The notes: generated by a model from the sequence alone, not told the origin. 20,000 nt of DNA from Chiloscyllium plagiosum (GCF_004010195.1 NC_057719.1:35131541-35151540); one strand, 5' to 3'. Numbered from the stretch's first letter, positions 1 to 10,280 are shown. Numbers and translations are program-made.

Positions 1-102
1 ATATCGTTCACGAACAGCAAACTTCACATCTTGCACCTCATCAGTACGGAAACGCAGGAGATTTAGAATTGTATACTCATTGTCAGTGAGGATTATGTTA
101 CC
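1..102 (-). CDS. NEMF: NEMF internal coding exon (probable exon 5), truncated by the window edge
   Basis: Minus strand reads tatttgcag|GGT AAC ATA... and translates to [34 protein letters not shown], matching the NEMF NFACT-N region as I recall it ([34 protein letters not shown]). Acceptor AG at 104-103, phase 0. Confidence 0.96.
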
Positions 103-339
103 CTGCAAATACACAGGTAGAAAATATTAAAATCAAAAATCCTGGCAGAAACTAAGAATCACAAGCAGATTTAAATTTCATGAAAATATCAAGTACACGC
201 ACCCATATTTGCATTTTTACAGCTTCAATTTAATTATATGACATGAAGAACGGAGAAGTTAATGTCCTTTGTACCTATCAGCATTAAGGAAGCGGATATC
301 AACTAACTGGAAAAAGGTGAAGATTCATGTAGAAAAAAC

Positions 340-660
340 ATCACAAAGACAGGTCCATTTGGACAAAGAAGTGTAAACTGATTTTATTGCCACACAAAGT
401 TCGTCCATTCCATCTAGTCTACCTCAGCTCGTCTCAGGTATTCATCTGTTTTCTTCTGAAAGTAGCCTCGTCATTTGTTTTAAGCACTAACTTGAAAAAG
501 AATTTTCTTATTTCCCTATTGAACTGAGTAGGAATAATGTGTATTTAACTGCCTCTAATTTTGCATTCTCCCACAAGTGGAAAAATTGTCTCCACATCTA
601 CCCTGTCCAACCTATAATTTTAAATACTTCTACCAGGTCTTGCCAAATCTCTTTTTCAAA
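340..660 (-). mobile_element. Heavily decayed CR1-like LINE 3' fragment
   Basis: Weak resemblance to the other CR1 3' remnants in the window (e.g. tccacatctaccctgtc...ttaaatacttct vs 8635-8670). No intact ORF. Confidence 0.4.
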
Positions 661-695
661 TAAATAAAACCTATGTTTCCTTTTTCTCCCCAGAG

Positions 696-800
696 TAAAA
701 AAAGGTAAAAAGAAAGAAGGAAAGGAAAAAAAGGAAGGGAAACAGAAAAAGGGGAAGGAAAAAGGATGGAAAATGACAGACAAAGGGAAGGAAAGGACAT
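696..800. repeat. Purine-rich (GGAAA/GAAA-like) low-complexity tract
   Basis: Almost pure A/G run; it produces the spurious F/S/P-rich ORFs 598..837 and 630..857. Confidence 0.85.
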
Positions 801-849
801 ACATACATACACAGCCAACAAAGCCAAAATCCCACAAATGAAAAGAAAA

Positions 850-2490
850 TTAACCATCCTTTTCCATGTTACCAGAAGCTCTATCCTGAATAATTGTTTC
901 TAGAATTTTCCCCACACTGATGTGAACAGGTTGGTCTGTAATTGCTAGGCTTATCATTGCAACCTTTTTTGAACAAGAGTGATGTTTGCAATTTTCCAGT
1001 CTTCTGGCACCCCTCCGGAATCGAAGGACAACCAAAAGGTTAAAGCCAGGGGCCCTGCAATTTCCAGTCATTTGCTTCAATATCCTTGGATGAATCTCAT
1101 TCAATCCCAGTGCTTTGTCAAATTTAAGTGCTAAAAGTCTATCCAACACTTCTTCCTTAGCAATTTTAGACTGTTCCAGTCACAGTGTTTCTATTTCTGT
1201 CACCATAGCCTTGCTATTACTTACTTCATTGGTAAAGTTAGGTGCAACAATTTAATTTAATCAGCCATGACTCTTGCCTCCATGCGTAAATTCCCATTTT
1301 GGTTCCTAATCAGATCTATTCCTCTTTTTACTATTTAGACTTCAAGATTTTAGACTTTTCTCAGAATTCCTCCTTGCCTTTTTAACATTTCTTTCATGTC
1401 CCCTCTGAACCTTCTATATTTCTCTTGGTTCTCAATTCTGTTTTCTACCTGGCTTGCCAAAGCTTACTTTTCTTTTCTTTACCTCAATTTATACCTTCTT
1501 TGTGTGATGCAAGTGTAATGATTTATATAGATTTTAATATCATTCGTTTTTGAATTTTGAATGAATGTTTTATGGCAGTTTATGGGTGTCTTAATAAGTA
1601 AGTAGTTTTGTAGCCATGGTGATTTCTCTAAAATAGTTTGGAGGAGACATCTTAAAGAACTAAGCGGTTTTTGTTTACATCGGGAGAGTTTACAAGTGAC
1701 ATACAATCTATTGTAATATATCAGGTTCTCCGTTTGAAGATTCTGACTATGATTTAAGCTTCAGGTGAACCACCAATACCTTAGAAAGAAACCTTTCAGT
1801 GTTATTTTCAGTTTAGGGAATTCTGAAGGGTTCTTGGAAGATGAATGCATAAAGCATTGCTCCCGATAAAGGGAGAAGATAACTTAGATCTCTAAAACAA
1901 AAAAACAAACACCTCAGCAAGGGATTTTGTTACAAATCCAGACCAAAGAATTGGGTAAAACCCTAAAGGGATTATCTGTTGCTGAGAAAATTGAAACTCA
2001 GGTGTACAAAGGCCCAAGGAAGAGGCTGTCAGATTCTCCAGACTGAGAATTGAAGTCAAAAGTTAAAAAAGCTTTCAGAGGTAATAGAGAAGGAGATTCT
2101 CTCTCATGTGAGCATTTGGGATCAGTGAAGAAGTGCTTTTTTGCAATTAATGGGAATATATTTTGAAATAATTTGTTTTGAAATCTTTAAACATGGCAGA
2201 CATTAAATAGTTTGGTTTCTTCTAGTTTATCTTCATTTCTTTTGCAAGATGAATTTTTTGCATAAATGACTGTCAGCAATATTGTGTTTATAATTTATAG
2301 AGAGACACTCTCATTAAAACCAAATGAAACTGCTCTATGAAGCCAGATTTCAGCCAGAGATGAGAGTTGGCCAGAATAACATCAGCTAGAATCATAACAA
2401 TTGTCATCCAGGGAGTTCTGGGTTTGTTTGTCCTACCTTTCCCTTTTGAGGAAATATACCATGACTGTTCTTAACATTGCTCTTTAAAGT
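850..2490 (-). mobile_element. Degenerate CR1 LINE ORF2 fragment (850-1502 and 2400-2490), split by a solo LTR
   Basis: ORF 850..1149 has DKALGLNEIHPRILKQ and VGKILETIIQDR, CR1 RT-proximal motifs comparable to 15170-15410. The sequence ccttc-tttg|tcatccaggg rejoins across the LTR. Confidence 0.8.
1503..2399 (+). mobile_element. Solo LTR (897 bp), ERV/Gypsy type
   Basis: Termini TGTGATG...CATAACA (6/7 inverted match); flanks tttg (1499-1502) and attg (2400-2403) form a 4-bp TSD with one mismatch; non-coding; cleanly interrupts a CR1 fragment. Strand is inferred. Confidence 0.7.
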
Positions 2491-2494
2491 GCAG

Positions 2495-2670
2495 GGGGCT
2501 CCATCTATAAGAATGACCCCAACCTTGCCATTTCGATAAACCATCTTACTTCCAGGCCCACTACAATGTTCCAACAAAACTCAATGCAATACAGAATACC
2601 ACCTCATCTTTCCACTTTAGCACCTTACAGACTCACACTCAATATTAAGTTCAACAACTTCAAAGCATGA
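2495..2670 (+). mobile_element. Decayed Penelope-like element fragment (end of GIY-YIG ORF)
   Basis: cacctcatctttcc...agcaccttacag...ctcaatattaagttcaacaacttc resembles HLIF..LGTLQP.GLNI.FNNF and mirrors the minus-strand Penelope end at 18810-18870. Confidence 0.6.
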
Positions 2671-3029
2671 CCTCTATCCTCCATTTGATTACAACCACCC
2701 CATCTTGTTAAGTTTTGCTCTCAGCTGAGCAGACCCATTTTCTTGTTTTCACAACTATAAATGTACCTATTTTATATCTCCTTTACTATCCTACTATACA
2801 CTAAAACAACAATGTAAATGCACCATTTTTGTTCCTTAGCTCTAGCCTAATTGATCCTTGAATCCTTCAACACAGCCTCATTCTTCAGCGCTGCAAGGTA
2901 CTCCTTATAATATATTAGAGGCCACACATTCCACTCAAGGCAAAGCAGTGCAGCTTAGCCAACTTTATTTTCCTTACATTTACTTTATCTGCTTTGAATT
3001 GCTTATAATACTTTATTGTACTGCGAAAG

Positions 3030-3380
3030 ACAGTGGTCAAGTTGTATTATCCCTAGACTATTAATCCAGAGATAAGGTAATGTTTGGGAACCTGATTCAA
3101 GGTCATCTGCCATGGCAGATTGTGGAATTTGAATTGAATAAGAATCTGGAAATACGAGTCTAACGATGACTATGAAACCATTGTCAATTGCCAGAAAAAT
3201 ACCCATCTGGTTCACTAATGTCCGTTAGGAAAGGAAACTGCCATTCTTGCCTGATCTGTACTATGTGTGACTCCAGACCCACAGCAACGGTTGCCTCTTA
3301 AATGCCCCATGGATAATTAGGAATGGGCAATAAATGCTGGCCTAACCAGCAATGCCCACATCTTGTGAATAAAAAAAAAA
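3030..3380 (+). mobile_element. tRNA-derived SINE, apparently full length, with poly(A) tail
   Basis: Degenerate A box TGGTCAAGTTG (3034-3044), tRNA-like arm ctagactattaatccag, body cccatctggttcactaatgtcc...gactccagacccacagcaa, tail gggcaataaatgctggcc...gaat(A)10. The 5' ~280 bp align with 10350-10630. Confidence 0.85.
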
Positions 3381-3700
3381 GTGATCCTCACTTCCCTGGT
3401 GTTTTCAGTTAGCTACTGAAAACTGAAATTTACAGCCATTTAATTTTCTATTTACAGCCTTTTAAAATCAGTCCCTAATAAATTTACTACCAACAGTTAA
3501 CTTAAATGAAAACGTGTAGAGCACTTCCTCCCCACACTTCACCAAACTCCTCACTCAGTACACTACTTCCTACAGAAACCTCTATAACACCTCTTTCCCG
3601 CTCTGCACCTAATTCGCAGATATACTCACTCAGCCCCCATCTCAATCAGGCAAAACCTCCTTCACACTGACCATATGGTGGATCAGTTATCCATATCTCC

Positions 3701-3730
3701 TCTGAACAATTAATGTCTGAACAATTAATG
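3701..3730. repeat. Perfect 15-bp tandem duplication
   Basis: tctgaacaattaatg occurs twice in tandem (3701-3715, 3716-3730). Confidence 0.95.
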
Positions 3731-4367
3731 AACTGAGTAGAGCTGTATTATATAGCCATTTCGGCAGACGGGGAGTTGAGGCTATACAAACAATTGTACG
3801 CACAAAAAAGGTTTCAGCCATCTGATACGGAAATAGTTAACCTATTAACCTGGACTTCATTTGTACCAAGTTGCTAGATAATGTGCTAACCACTGTACTA
3901 GTTATTTCTCAGACTGATGAACTAATGTCCCAATTAAAAAAAAGCAAAACAAAACAAATTGGCAAAGACAGTGAAGAGTTGTAGAGAATCCCTGCACAGT
4001 ACCTACTGAGATATACTGAAATATTGTGCATTATTTCCAAATTCCAAAAATCTTAAAAGATAGAGAATGCACAGATGAAAGAATTGTAGTTTAGAGTATT
4101 TTATTCTTCAAATGAGAATGTATATATTCAAATTAAATAAAGAACTACTGGTGTACAATAAAATTCTCTTTGGTCTGACTGCACAACCAATGGCAGTATT
4201 ATTGACAGAATCCAGAGATTTATTCCAAGAAACATGGAACATAAAAGAATGAGGAAGAATGCCCACATTTCAGATGCCATGCAAAAAATACTATTAAATG
4301 TTGTCAACTTTGTACATTAATGAACCTGTTCAAAACATGCAGACGAAAGTGAATTTGAGTGACTTAC

Positions 4368-4493
4368 TCGGTCGTATAGTTCAACAATCACGTGGTAAGC
4401 TGCTTGATCTGAGCCAAATTGAAAATCAACTATCCTATCAACACCAAGTTGCTTAATGTGGATCAATCTTCGTGATTTTAAATGTTTACGGCA
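4368..4493 (-). CDS. NEMF: NEMF coding exon (probable exon 4), 126 nt
   Basis: gttacag|TGC...CGA|gtaagt; translates to [42 protein letters not shown] (inside ORF 4317..4508). Phase 0/0; joins in frame to the exons on either side. Confidence 0.97.
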
Positions 4494-5422
4494 CTGTAAC
4501 CAAAACAAAAATCACAGTTTTAGCAAAGATTCTCTCTCAATCAAACAGTGACAACAAAGTGAGACGGACAGGAGAAAGGGGATGTTTTATGACTGAATCA
4601 GGACTAGAGGAAACAGGAAGATCCGCCATATTTCAACTTAGTTACAAAATAGACACAGCATATCTAACATAGATTCAGTGACCAGGGAGTTTTTTTTAAA
4701 GCTAAAGCTATTTTAGCAAACAGTGTAGAAGCAATTAAAAAAGGAAGCCAATCAATAATGCCTGTGCCAACTCTCTGTAAGAGCAAATTTACCACACACA
4801 ACTGCGTTCTTTTTCTGTTGCGCTGCATACTCTCTTCAGGAGCTAATCTAATGCCTTTCTGAATTTTAGAACTGAATTAGCCTCCACCACATTCCCAAGC
4901 ATTGCAGTCTAGCTCCATTGGTTAGATAAGTACTTGTTGCCATTGCTTCTTTTGCCATTCACCTTAAATTGGTGTCTTGTAGTTGTGAAGCTTTCTGCCA
5001 AGGGGAATTAATAAAATTACATAGAACAAACCATTCTTGCAGTTAAAAAGCACTGTTTCGAAGTCTCTCCCAAAACAATCATTTATCACAACAACAGTAA
5101 AATTAATTCATGTGACTGGTTCTAATACTTTGTGTTTCCCGTTTCACAGATGTTATCATTTTAAGGCTCATATCCACAAAGTTAATGAATATAGAAATTC
5201 TTTTTGGGAAAAAAAACTCAATTCAAACTTTTACTAAATTACCACCTGTACATTCAATTATTGCTTGGTAGATAGTACAGACTTGAACAAGATGCAAAAT
5301 GCAATTATATATTAAGGAAACAGATGTTCAATATACTGTGCAATTGTCAAAGCTTACTAAAAATGTGTTAAAATTATAAAATTATTCTAAGAATTCTGCA
5401 ATGGGTGACGGTCACTTTCTAC

Positions 5423-5525
5423 CTTCATTGCAAAGCCTGAAGGCATCATATTCTTTGGCCATTCAAACTCAGTTGTGTGGATCCGGATGCCAGATTCAAC
5501 CAAAAGTACAGCTTTTGATTCTGGC
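5423..5525 (-). CDS. NEMF: NEMF coding exon (probable exon 3), 103 nt
   Basis: ttttgcag|G CCA GAA...ATG AAG|gtagaa; translates to (K)[34 protein letters not shown]. Phase 2/0. Confidence 0.97.
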
Positions 5526-5670
5526 CTGCAAAATGAAAAAAAGACAGAATGGAAACAAGCTAATTATACAATGTGGGAGTCTGTTAATATGGGGCACAGT
5601 AAACTAACTTTGCAATTACATTACATACTGCAAACTTTGTCATTGCATTATAATGACAAACACATACGAA

Positions 5671-5884
5671 TTAAAAATCACACAACACCAGGTCATAGTT
5701 CAACAGGTTTAACTGGAAGCACTAGCTTTCGGAGCGCTGCGCCTTCATCAGGTGACAACCACCTGAAGAAGGAGCAGCACTCCAAAAGCTAGTGCTTCCA
5801 ATTAAACCTGTTGAACTATGACCTGGTGGTGTGTGATTTTTAACTTTGTACACCCCAGTCCAACACCGGCATCTCCAAATCATG
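5671..5884. mobile_element. Palindromic Penelope-terminus-derived mini element
   Basis: 84-bp inverted arms at 5671-5754 and 5760-5843 (6 mismatches, 5-nt loop acaac) plus a 41-bp tail. Direct repeat acatacgaatt at 5662-5672 and 5885-5895. Each arm carries a CTGANGA-hairpin-(G/A)AAA motif typical of Penelope termini. Confidence 0.8.
5717..5751 (-). ncRNA. Hammerhead-ribozyme-like core motif
   Basis: Minus strand: CUGAUGA-A-GGCGC-AGC-GCUCC-GAAA-GC-UAGU-GC-UU, i.e. both conserved core boxes, stem II, a short stem III and a UH site. No clear stem I in cis. Confidence 0.5.
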
Positions 5885-5949
5885 ACATACGAATTATGAA
5901 TTTAGAATCATACAGTACAGCAGAGGTCCTTTGGCTCACCAAGTCTAAG

Positions 5950-6795
5950 TCCAAAATGAGAGTAGGCCCCTCAAAGCTGCTCCTCCATTCAGAAAGTGTT
6001 GGCTGAACTGATTTTTTCACATTCCTTCACATCCACGATAAAGATCACCCTTTTGATTATTGTTATGGACCAGACTAAACTCACTACAACTATATCAAGG
6101 CGATAGTGTAGACCGAATTTTTAATCTTATTTAAAGGCAAGTGTAAGGTGCTGTGTTCCAGATGCAATTCAATTAGATACACTACTTGGCTTTAAACAAA
6201 GTACAATATAAAACCTAGTTAAGATACCAAGAAAAGAAAGAAGAATTGGTATACCTTTAACTCAATTGGAAAACTTAACAGAATAATAGATTAATTTAAC
6301 TAAACAGCAACTGTCCCAATATAGTAACATTCCACAAACACAACTATGGCAAAGGCAAAGTGAGTAAAATGGATCATTTCACATGTAATTCTGGCAGCAG
6401 AGAGAACTCCAGCCTTTCTCTGTGGCAGAGAGAGATGTAAACGTTTCCACCGCCACCTTCATAACCCAACAACTACTGACAGCTAAACTAAAGCCCTAGC
6501 TCTGTAAGACCCTGACTCCATCCATTCATGCAGCTTCTACTGTTCTAACTTTAAAAAAATCCAAAACCTCACAATCTGTTTACTTTATTGACTTCGAGGA
6601 GACAGCTCATTACCTATGGCTCAAAACCTCTCCTTGATAAAAATTAAGACAAAATACACCTCTTAGAGCCATAGAATCGTCACATTATCAAACATCCACC
6701 CTAATATTCAAACATAATTCTTCATTGCCTTTTGAGGAGAAGAATTGCAAAGATTCACCAGCTTTGAAGAAAAAAATCTCACTGCGATCGTTAAA
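5950..6795 (-). mobile_element. Decayed CR1-like 3' fragment split by a solo LTR
   Basis: gagtaggcccctcaaagctgctcctccattc at ~5960 and tgccttttgaggagaagaattgcaaagattcac at ~6727 resemble the fragment at 8355-8600. Confidence 0.5.
6061..6684 (-). mobile_element. Solo LTR (624 bp)
   Basis: Plus-strand termini TGTTATG...CGTCACA; perfect 4-bp TSD TTAT at 6057-6060 and 6685-6688; non-coding. Strand inferred from terminal similarity to the 1503-2399 LTR. Confidence 0.82.
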
Positions 6796-6855
6796 TTCAA
6801 CTCCATCAACCCTGCAAAGCCCTCCTTCCTAACATAGTCATACAGGCATACAGCA

Positions 6856-8062
6856 TGTGAGAAAGCTTGTAGCCTTACGTGACACATCTGCTATAGGAGA
6901 TGCAGGAAAGCACGTTACCACAGGGGATTGGGGAATAGGGTGGGCATTTGTTCAAAAGAATTAAGGATATCTGTTCTAAGTGTCAATGGATCAGTATAAA
7001 TAAGGAGATAACACTTGTTCACTTGTGGAATATGTGGCAGTACTTCCTTTTGACCCAGAGAGCTGGAAGCTGCGCATATTTTACAGTTGGATGTTAGATA
7101 ACTGAATTTCTGGTTTATATTGAAGACTCCTAAAAAAAATATGCAAGTCAGAAAAGAACGTGTAATTTAATAAGCTGAGTGGAATATGCACGTAATAGAA
7201 CAATCCTGATACATTTTCATGTATACCACATTCAACAGATTTGAATTTATGAAGCTAAACTCCTTAATCTTGACTGTTCAGAAATGTGAATGTCTCATTA
7301 CCCTTACAAGCTGGGTAAACACAAAAGCTGAAACTGAGATAGAAAGAAAGTTGGAAGATGTTCATACATGAAAGAAGCTGATGGAAAGGTCAACTCTTTC
7401 TGGTCTGATTTGACTGTACACTTGCTTGTCATGGACTGAATGTTTGTGTGTTATTCCCTGGAGCTCAAGATCGGGAATGTTATGAAATTAATTTGCATTT
7501 TGGGAATCTAACATGATTTTTTTTTAAAAAGCCATGTTGTAGGACAATGGTACTAGGCACGTTAGCTGAGCGAGGTTACCTCATAACCTTTTCCACATAG
7601 AAGACTAGTCTCTTCTATGATTTACTGTTAAAAGGAAAGTTTATCTAGACAAAGCAATTGTCCATTTGGCCTGGCTTGATCAGGGTTTCCCACTTTGATG
7701 TGCATGAAGCTTAACTAGTCAAGTGTACTCAGACCTGTCAATTAGTTTCTCTTCCTCTACAAACTTTTGCCATTTTATTGCTGCTTATCTGATTAAGGAC
7801 ATGTGATGTTTTTGTAATCTCAGTACCAATTTATGTATAAAGACAGCTTGTTTGCAGCAATAGAGGGAGTAGCCTGAGAGAGCTCTTAGAGGTAAGAGCT
7901 GACGCCACTACTCTGCTAATGGTTTTAAAACCTTAGCTCAAGCCTGGCTTGTTATAGTGTAACATTGATGCCATTAGTAAATAAAGGTAATAATTTAAAT
8001 TGTAAGAATTTTGTACTCTTATATAATCTCAGAGATGAAGCAAGAGAGGCTTATAGGTCACA
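6856..8062 (+). mobile_element. LTR-like insertion (~1.2 kb) inside a CR1 3' end
   Basis: Termini TGTGA...TCACA, TATAAA at 7836-7841 and AATAAA at 7980-7985 in U3-R-U5 order. Lies between CR1 tail pieces (6833-6855 and 8076 onward). No TSD found, so the right boundary is uncertain. Confidence 0.5.
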
Positions 8063-8075
8063 TCCATTAGGGATT

Positions 8076-8350
8076 CCCCAACTAGTCCACGCCAACCAAG
8101 TTTCCCAAACTAAAGCTAATCCCACTTGTCTGTTTTGGCCAATATCCCTCTAAAACTTCCTTATTTATGTACCTGCCCAAATGTCTTTTAGATGCTGTAA
8201 CTATCTGCAATACTACTTCCTCTCGCAATTCATTCCACATACTAACTACCCTCTGCGATAAATTGCCCCTCAGGTACCTTTTATATCTATCTTCTCTCAC
8301 CTTAAAAATATATGTTGCCTAGTTTTGAACTCCCCCACCCTATAGAAAAG
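8076..8350 (-). mobile_element. CR1 LINE 3' end (ORF2 C-terminus and 3' UTR)
   Basis: ORF 8082..8300 gives LRGNLSQRVVSMWNELREEVV...KRHLGRYINKEVLEGY, the CR1 C-terminal signature (compare 16460-16600). Confidence 0.85.
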
Positions 8351-8351
8351 G

Positions 8352-8715
8352 CTGGAATAAGAGTAGGCCATTCAGTCCATTAAGACTGCTCCAGACTTTA
8401 TAATAATCATGGTTGATTGAATTGTTCAACCCTTTTACCTACAGTATACACATAATCTGCATTTGAGTTCAGAAAGAATATCAAACTCTAAATATATTCA
8501 AAGACGAAGTTTCCACAGCTATCTGGAGAAAAAACCTCAATTCAAACTCTGTAAAATTGTTTCTCCTCATCTCAAGTCTTAAATGGCATCCCCCTTATTT
8601 TCATATACTCCTCAACCAAAGGGAAATATCTTACCTGCATCTACTCTGTCTAACCCTCTTAAGTATTTTGTAGGTGTCAATTACATTGTCTCTTTTTCTA
8701 CAAAATTCTAGAGAA
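8352..8715 (-). mobile_element. Older CR1-like 3' fragment
   Basis: gagtaggccattcagtcc...ctgctcc tail motif and tttctcctcatctcaagtcttaaatgg, similar to the decayed CR1 ends elsewhere in the window. Confidence 0.5.
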
Positions 8716-8785
8716 GACATCTGGAACTTCTGCCAAAATTGGGAGAACTGTCTCACAGAGAACCAAGCAACAGTTTGACATTTTT

Positions 8786-9079
8786 TTAGATTAGATTACT
8801 TACAGTGTGGAAACAGGCCCTTCGGCCCAACAAGTCCACACCGACCCGCTGAAGCGCAACCCACCCAGACCCATTCCCCTACATTTACCCCCGCCCCTAA
8901 TATAACGGGCAACTTAGCATGGTCAATTCACCTAACCTGCATATTGCTAGACTGTGGGAGGAAACCGACGCAGACACGGGGAGAATGTGCAAACTCCACA
9001 CAGTCAGTCGCCTGAGGTGGGAATTGAACCCGGGTCTCTGGCGCTGTGAGGCAGCAGTGCTAACCACTGTGCCACCGTG
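8786..9079 (-). mobile_element. HE1-type (V-SINE) shark SINE, near full length
   Basis: Minus strand begins cacggTGGCACAGTGGttagcactgctgcctcacagcgccagagacccgGGTTCAATTCC (A and B boxes). Central ggagtttgcacattctccccgtgtctgcg; CR1-like tail gggccgaagggcctgtttcc (same as the CR1 end at 16641-16660) and (TCTAA)n repeats. Confidence 0.9.
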
Positions 9080-9209
9080 ACAACCACCTGAAGAAGGAGC
9101 AGCGCTCCAAAAGCTAGTGCTTCCAATTAAACCTATTGACCTGGTGGTGTGTGATTTTTAACTTTGTACACCCCAATCCAACATCGACATCTCCAAATCA
9201 TGACATATG
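9077..9209 (+). repeat. Second copy of the right arm and tail of the 5671-5884 element
   Basis: Near-identical to 5752-5891, including the loop gacaac and the arm-specific variants; small internal deletion. Confidence 0.9.
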
Positions 9210-9374
9210 CTCTAGATCAAGACAGACACACAAATATAAAAATGAAAAAGTGTACAGAAAATAATTGTTCTAGCAAATAAATTCGATATGTGCCCAATCT
9301 CAGTACAGTTTATTTTTACTGATGCACAGCACTTTGACAGATCCAACCAATCACAAGTCACATAGCGAAACTTA

Positions 9375-9464
<90 letters not shown>

Positions 9465-9534
9465 TTAAATTGTTTTAAATATGGACAAATAATGAAAAAT
9501 GTATACATAATCATCATAAAACTAAGTAGTTTAT

Positions 9535-10150
9535 TATGGAATGTTTACAGTGCAAAATGTGACCATTCTGCTCATCCAGCCTCTTAACTCTCAAAAAGCT
9601 ACTTAGAACTCCCCATCCTGCAAATTGCTTCTCCAAGTAATTATCCAATTCCCTTATGAAAGCTGAAAATTGAATCATTACACTTTCAGGTACTACATTC
9701 TAAATCTTAAATACTTGCATAAAAAGAGATTTTCCTTCACATTGGCAAAAGACAATTATCTTAAATCACTATCCTCTGGTTCTCATTTTTCTACCTATGT
9801 ATTCCATCCAGATCCTCGTGATTTTGAAAACCTGTATCAAATCTCCTTTCAACTGAGAACAGTAACAGGCTTTGCCAATCTATCCTTTCATTATCAGAAC
9901 TATGTTTTTGAATCTTTCCTGCATCCTTTTTAAAATAATCTAATCTAAAAAAAAAAGATGGTGAGCAGGATTGAACATTTATTTTATTTAAGGATGATTT
10001 AATGTTTTATGAAAGGTTCACCAGGACTTTGTTGTTTCTATTTCCACACAATTTATTTATTTATAAAAAGGTATGATCCTGAACGGTTTATCAACCGTTT
10101 CCTCAACCTGATCTGCTACCTTCGATAATTTGTGCTAATACACTCCTAAC
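9535..10150 (-). mobile_element. Highly decayed CR1-like fragment
   Basis: Begins with a tail-like tacagtgcaaaatgtgaccattc; contains cctcgtgattttgaaaacctgtatcaaatctcct (compare 11460-11500) and tatcaaccgtttcctcaacctgatctgctaccttc (compare 11760-11790). Confidence 0.5.
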
Positions 10151-10189
10151 ACTCCTGCATCCTTTTATCATTAAAAAGGTATCTACAAA

Positions 10190-10280
10190 CAACCTGTTTA
10201 GATATGTGATGACAGGTAGGATTTGAACCTGGGCCTTCTAGCCCAGACCTAGGAATACCATCACTGCGCCACAAGAACCC
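10190..10280 (-). mobile_element. Short tRNA-derived SINE head
   Basis: Minus strand has A box TGGCGCAGTGA (10271-10261) and B box GGTTCAAATCC (10229-10219); no complete cloverleaf. A related, more decayed piece lies at ~13905-13965. Confidence 0.65.

Noticed and set aside
598..857. Hydrophobic F/S-rich ORFs resembling small membrane proteins
   Set aside because: Translation of the complement of a purine-rich low-complexity tract.
3840..3900. Decayed minus-strand SINE head (gctaaccactgt)
   Set aside because: Only about 12 bp match the HE1 head; too short to support.
4317..4508. ORF as a stand-alone 63-aa gene
   Set aside because: Only 4368-4493 is coding (NEMF exon bounded by AG/GT); the rest is intron read-through.
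4740..5020. Possible ancient CR1 3' fragment
   Set aside because: Similarity too weak to define boundaries by eye.
5671..5843. CRISPR repeat, terminator or miRNA interpretation of the palindrome
   Set aside because: Eukaryotic intron, no repeat-spacer array, and the arms match Penelope-type terminal sequence with a flanking direct repeat.
5475..6006. Plus-strand ORFs 5475..5792 and 5818..6006
   Set aside because: Antisense to NEMF exon 3 or running through the palindromic repeat; no recognisable protein features.
9005..9079. Possible tRNA gene (also 10190-10280 and 10345-10430)
   Set aside because: A and B boxes are present but there is no complete cloverleaf, and each continues into SINE body sequence.
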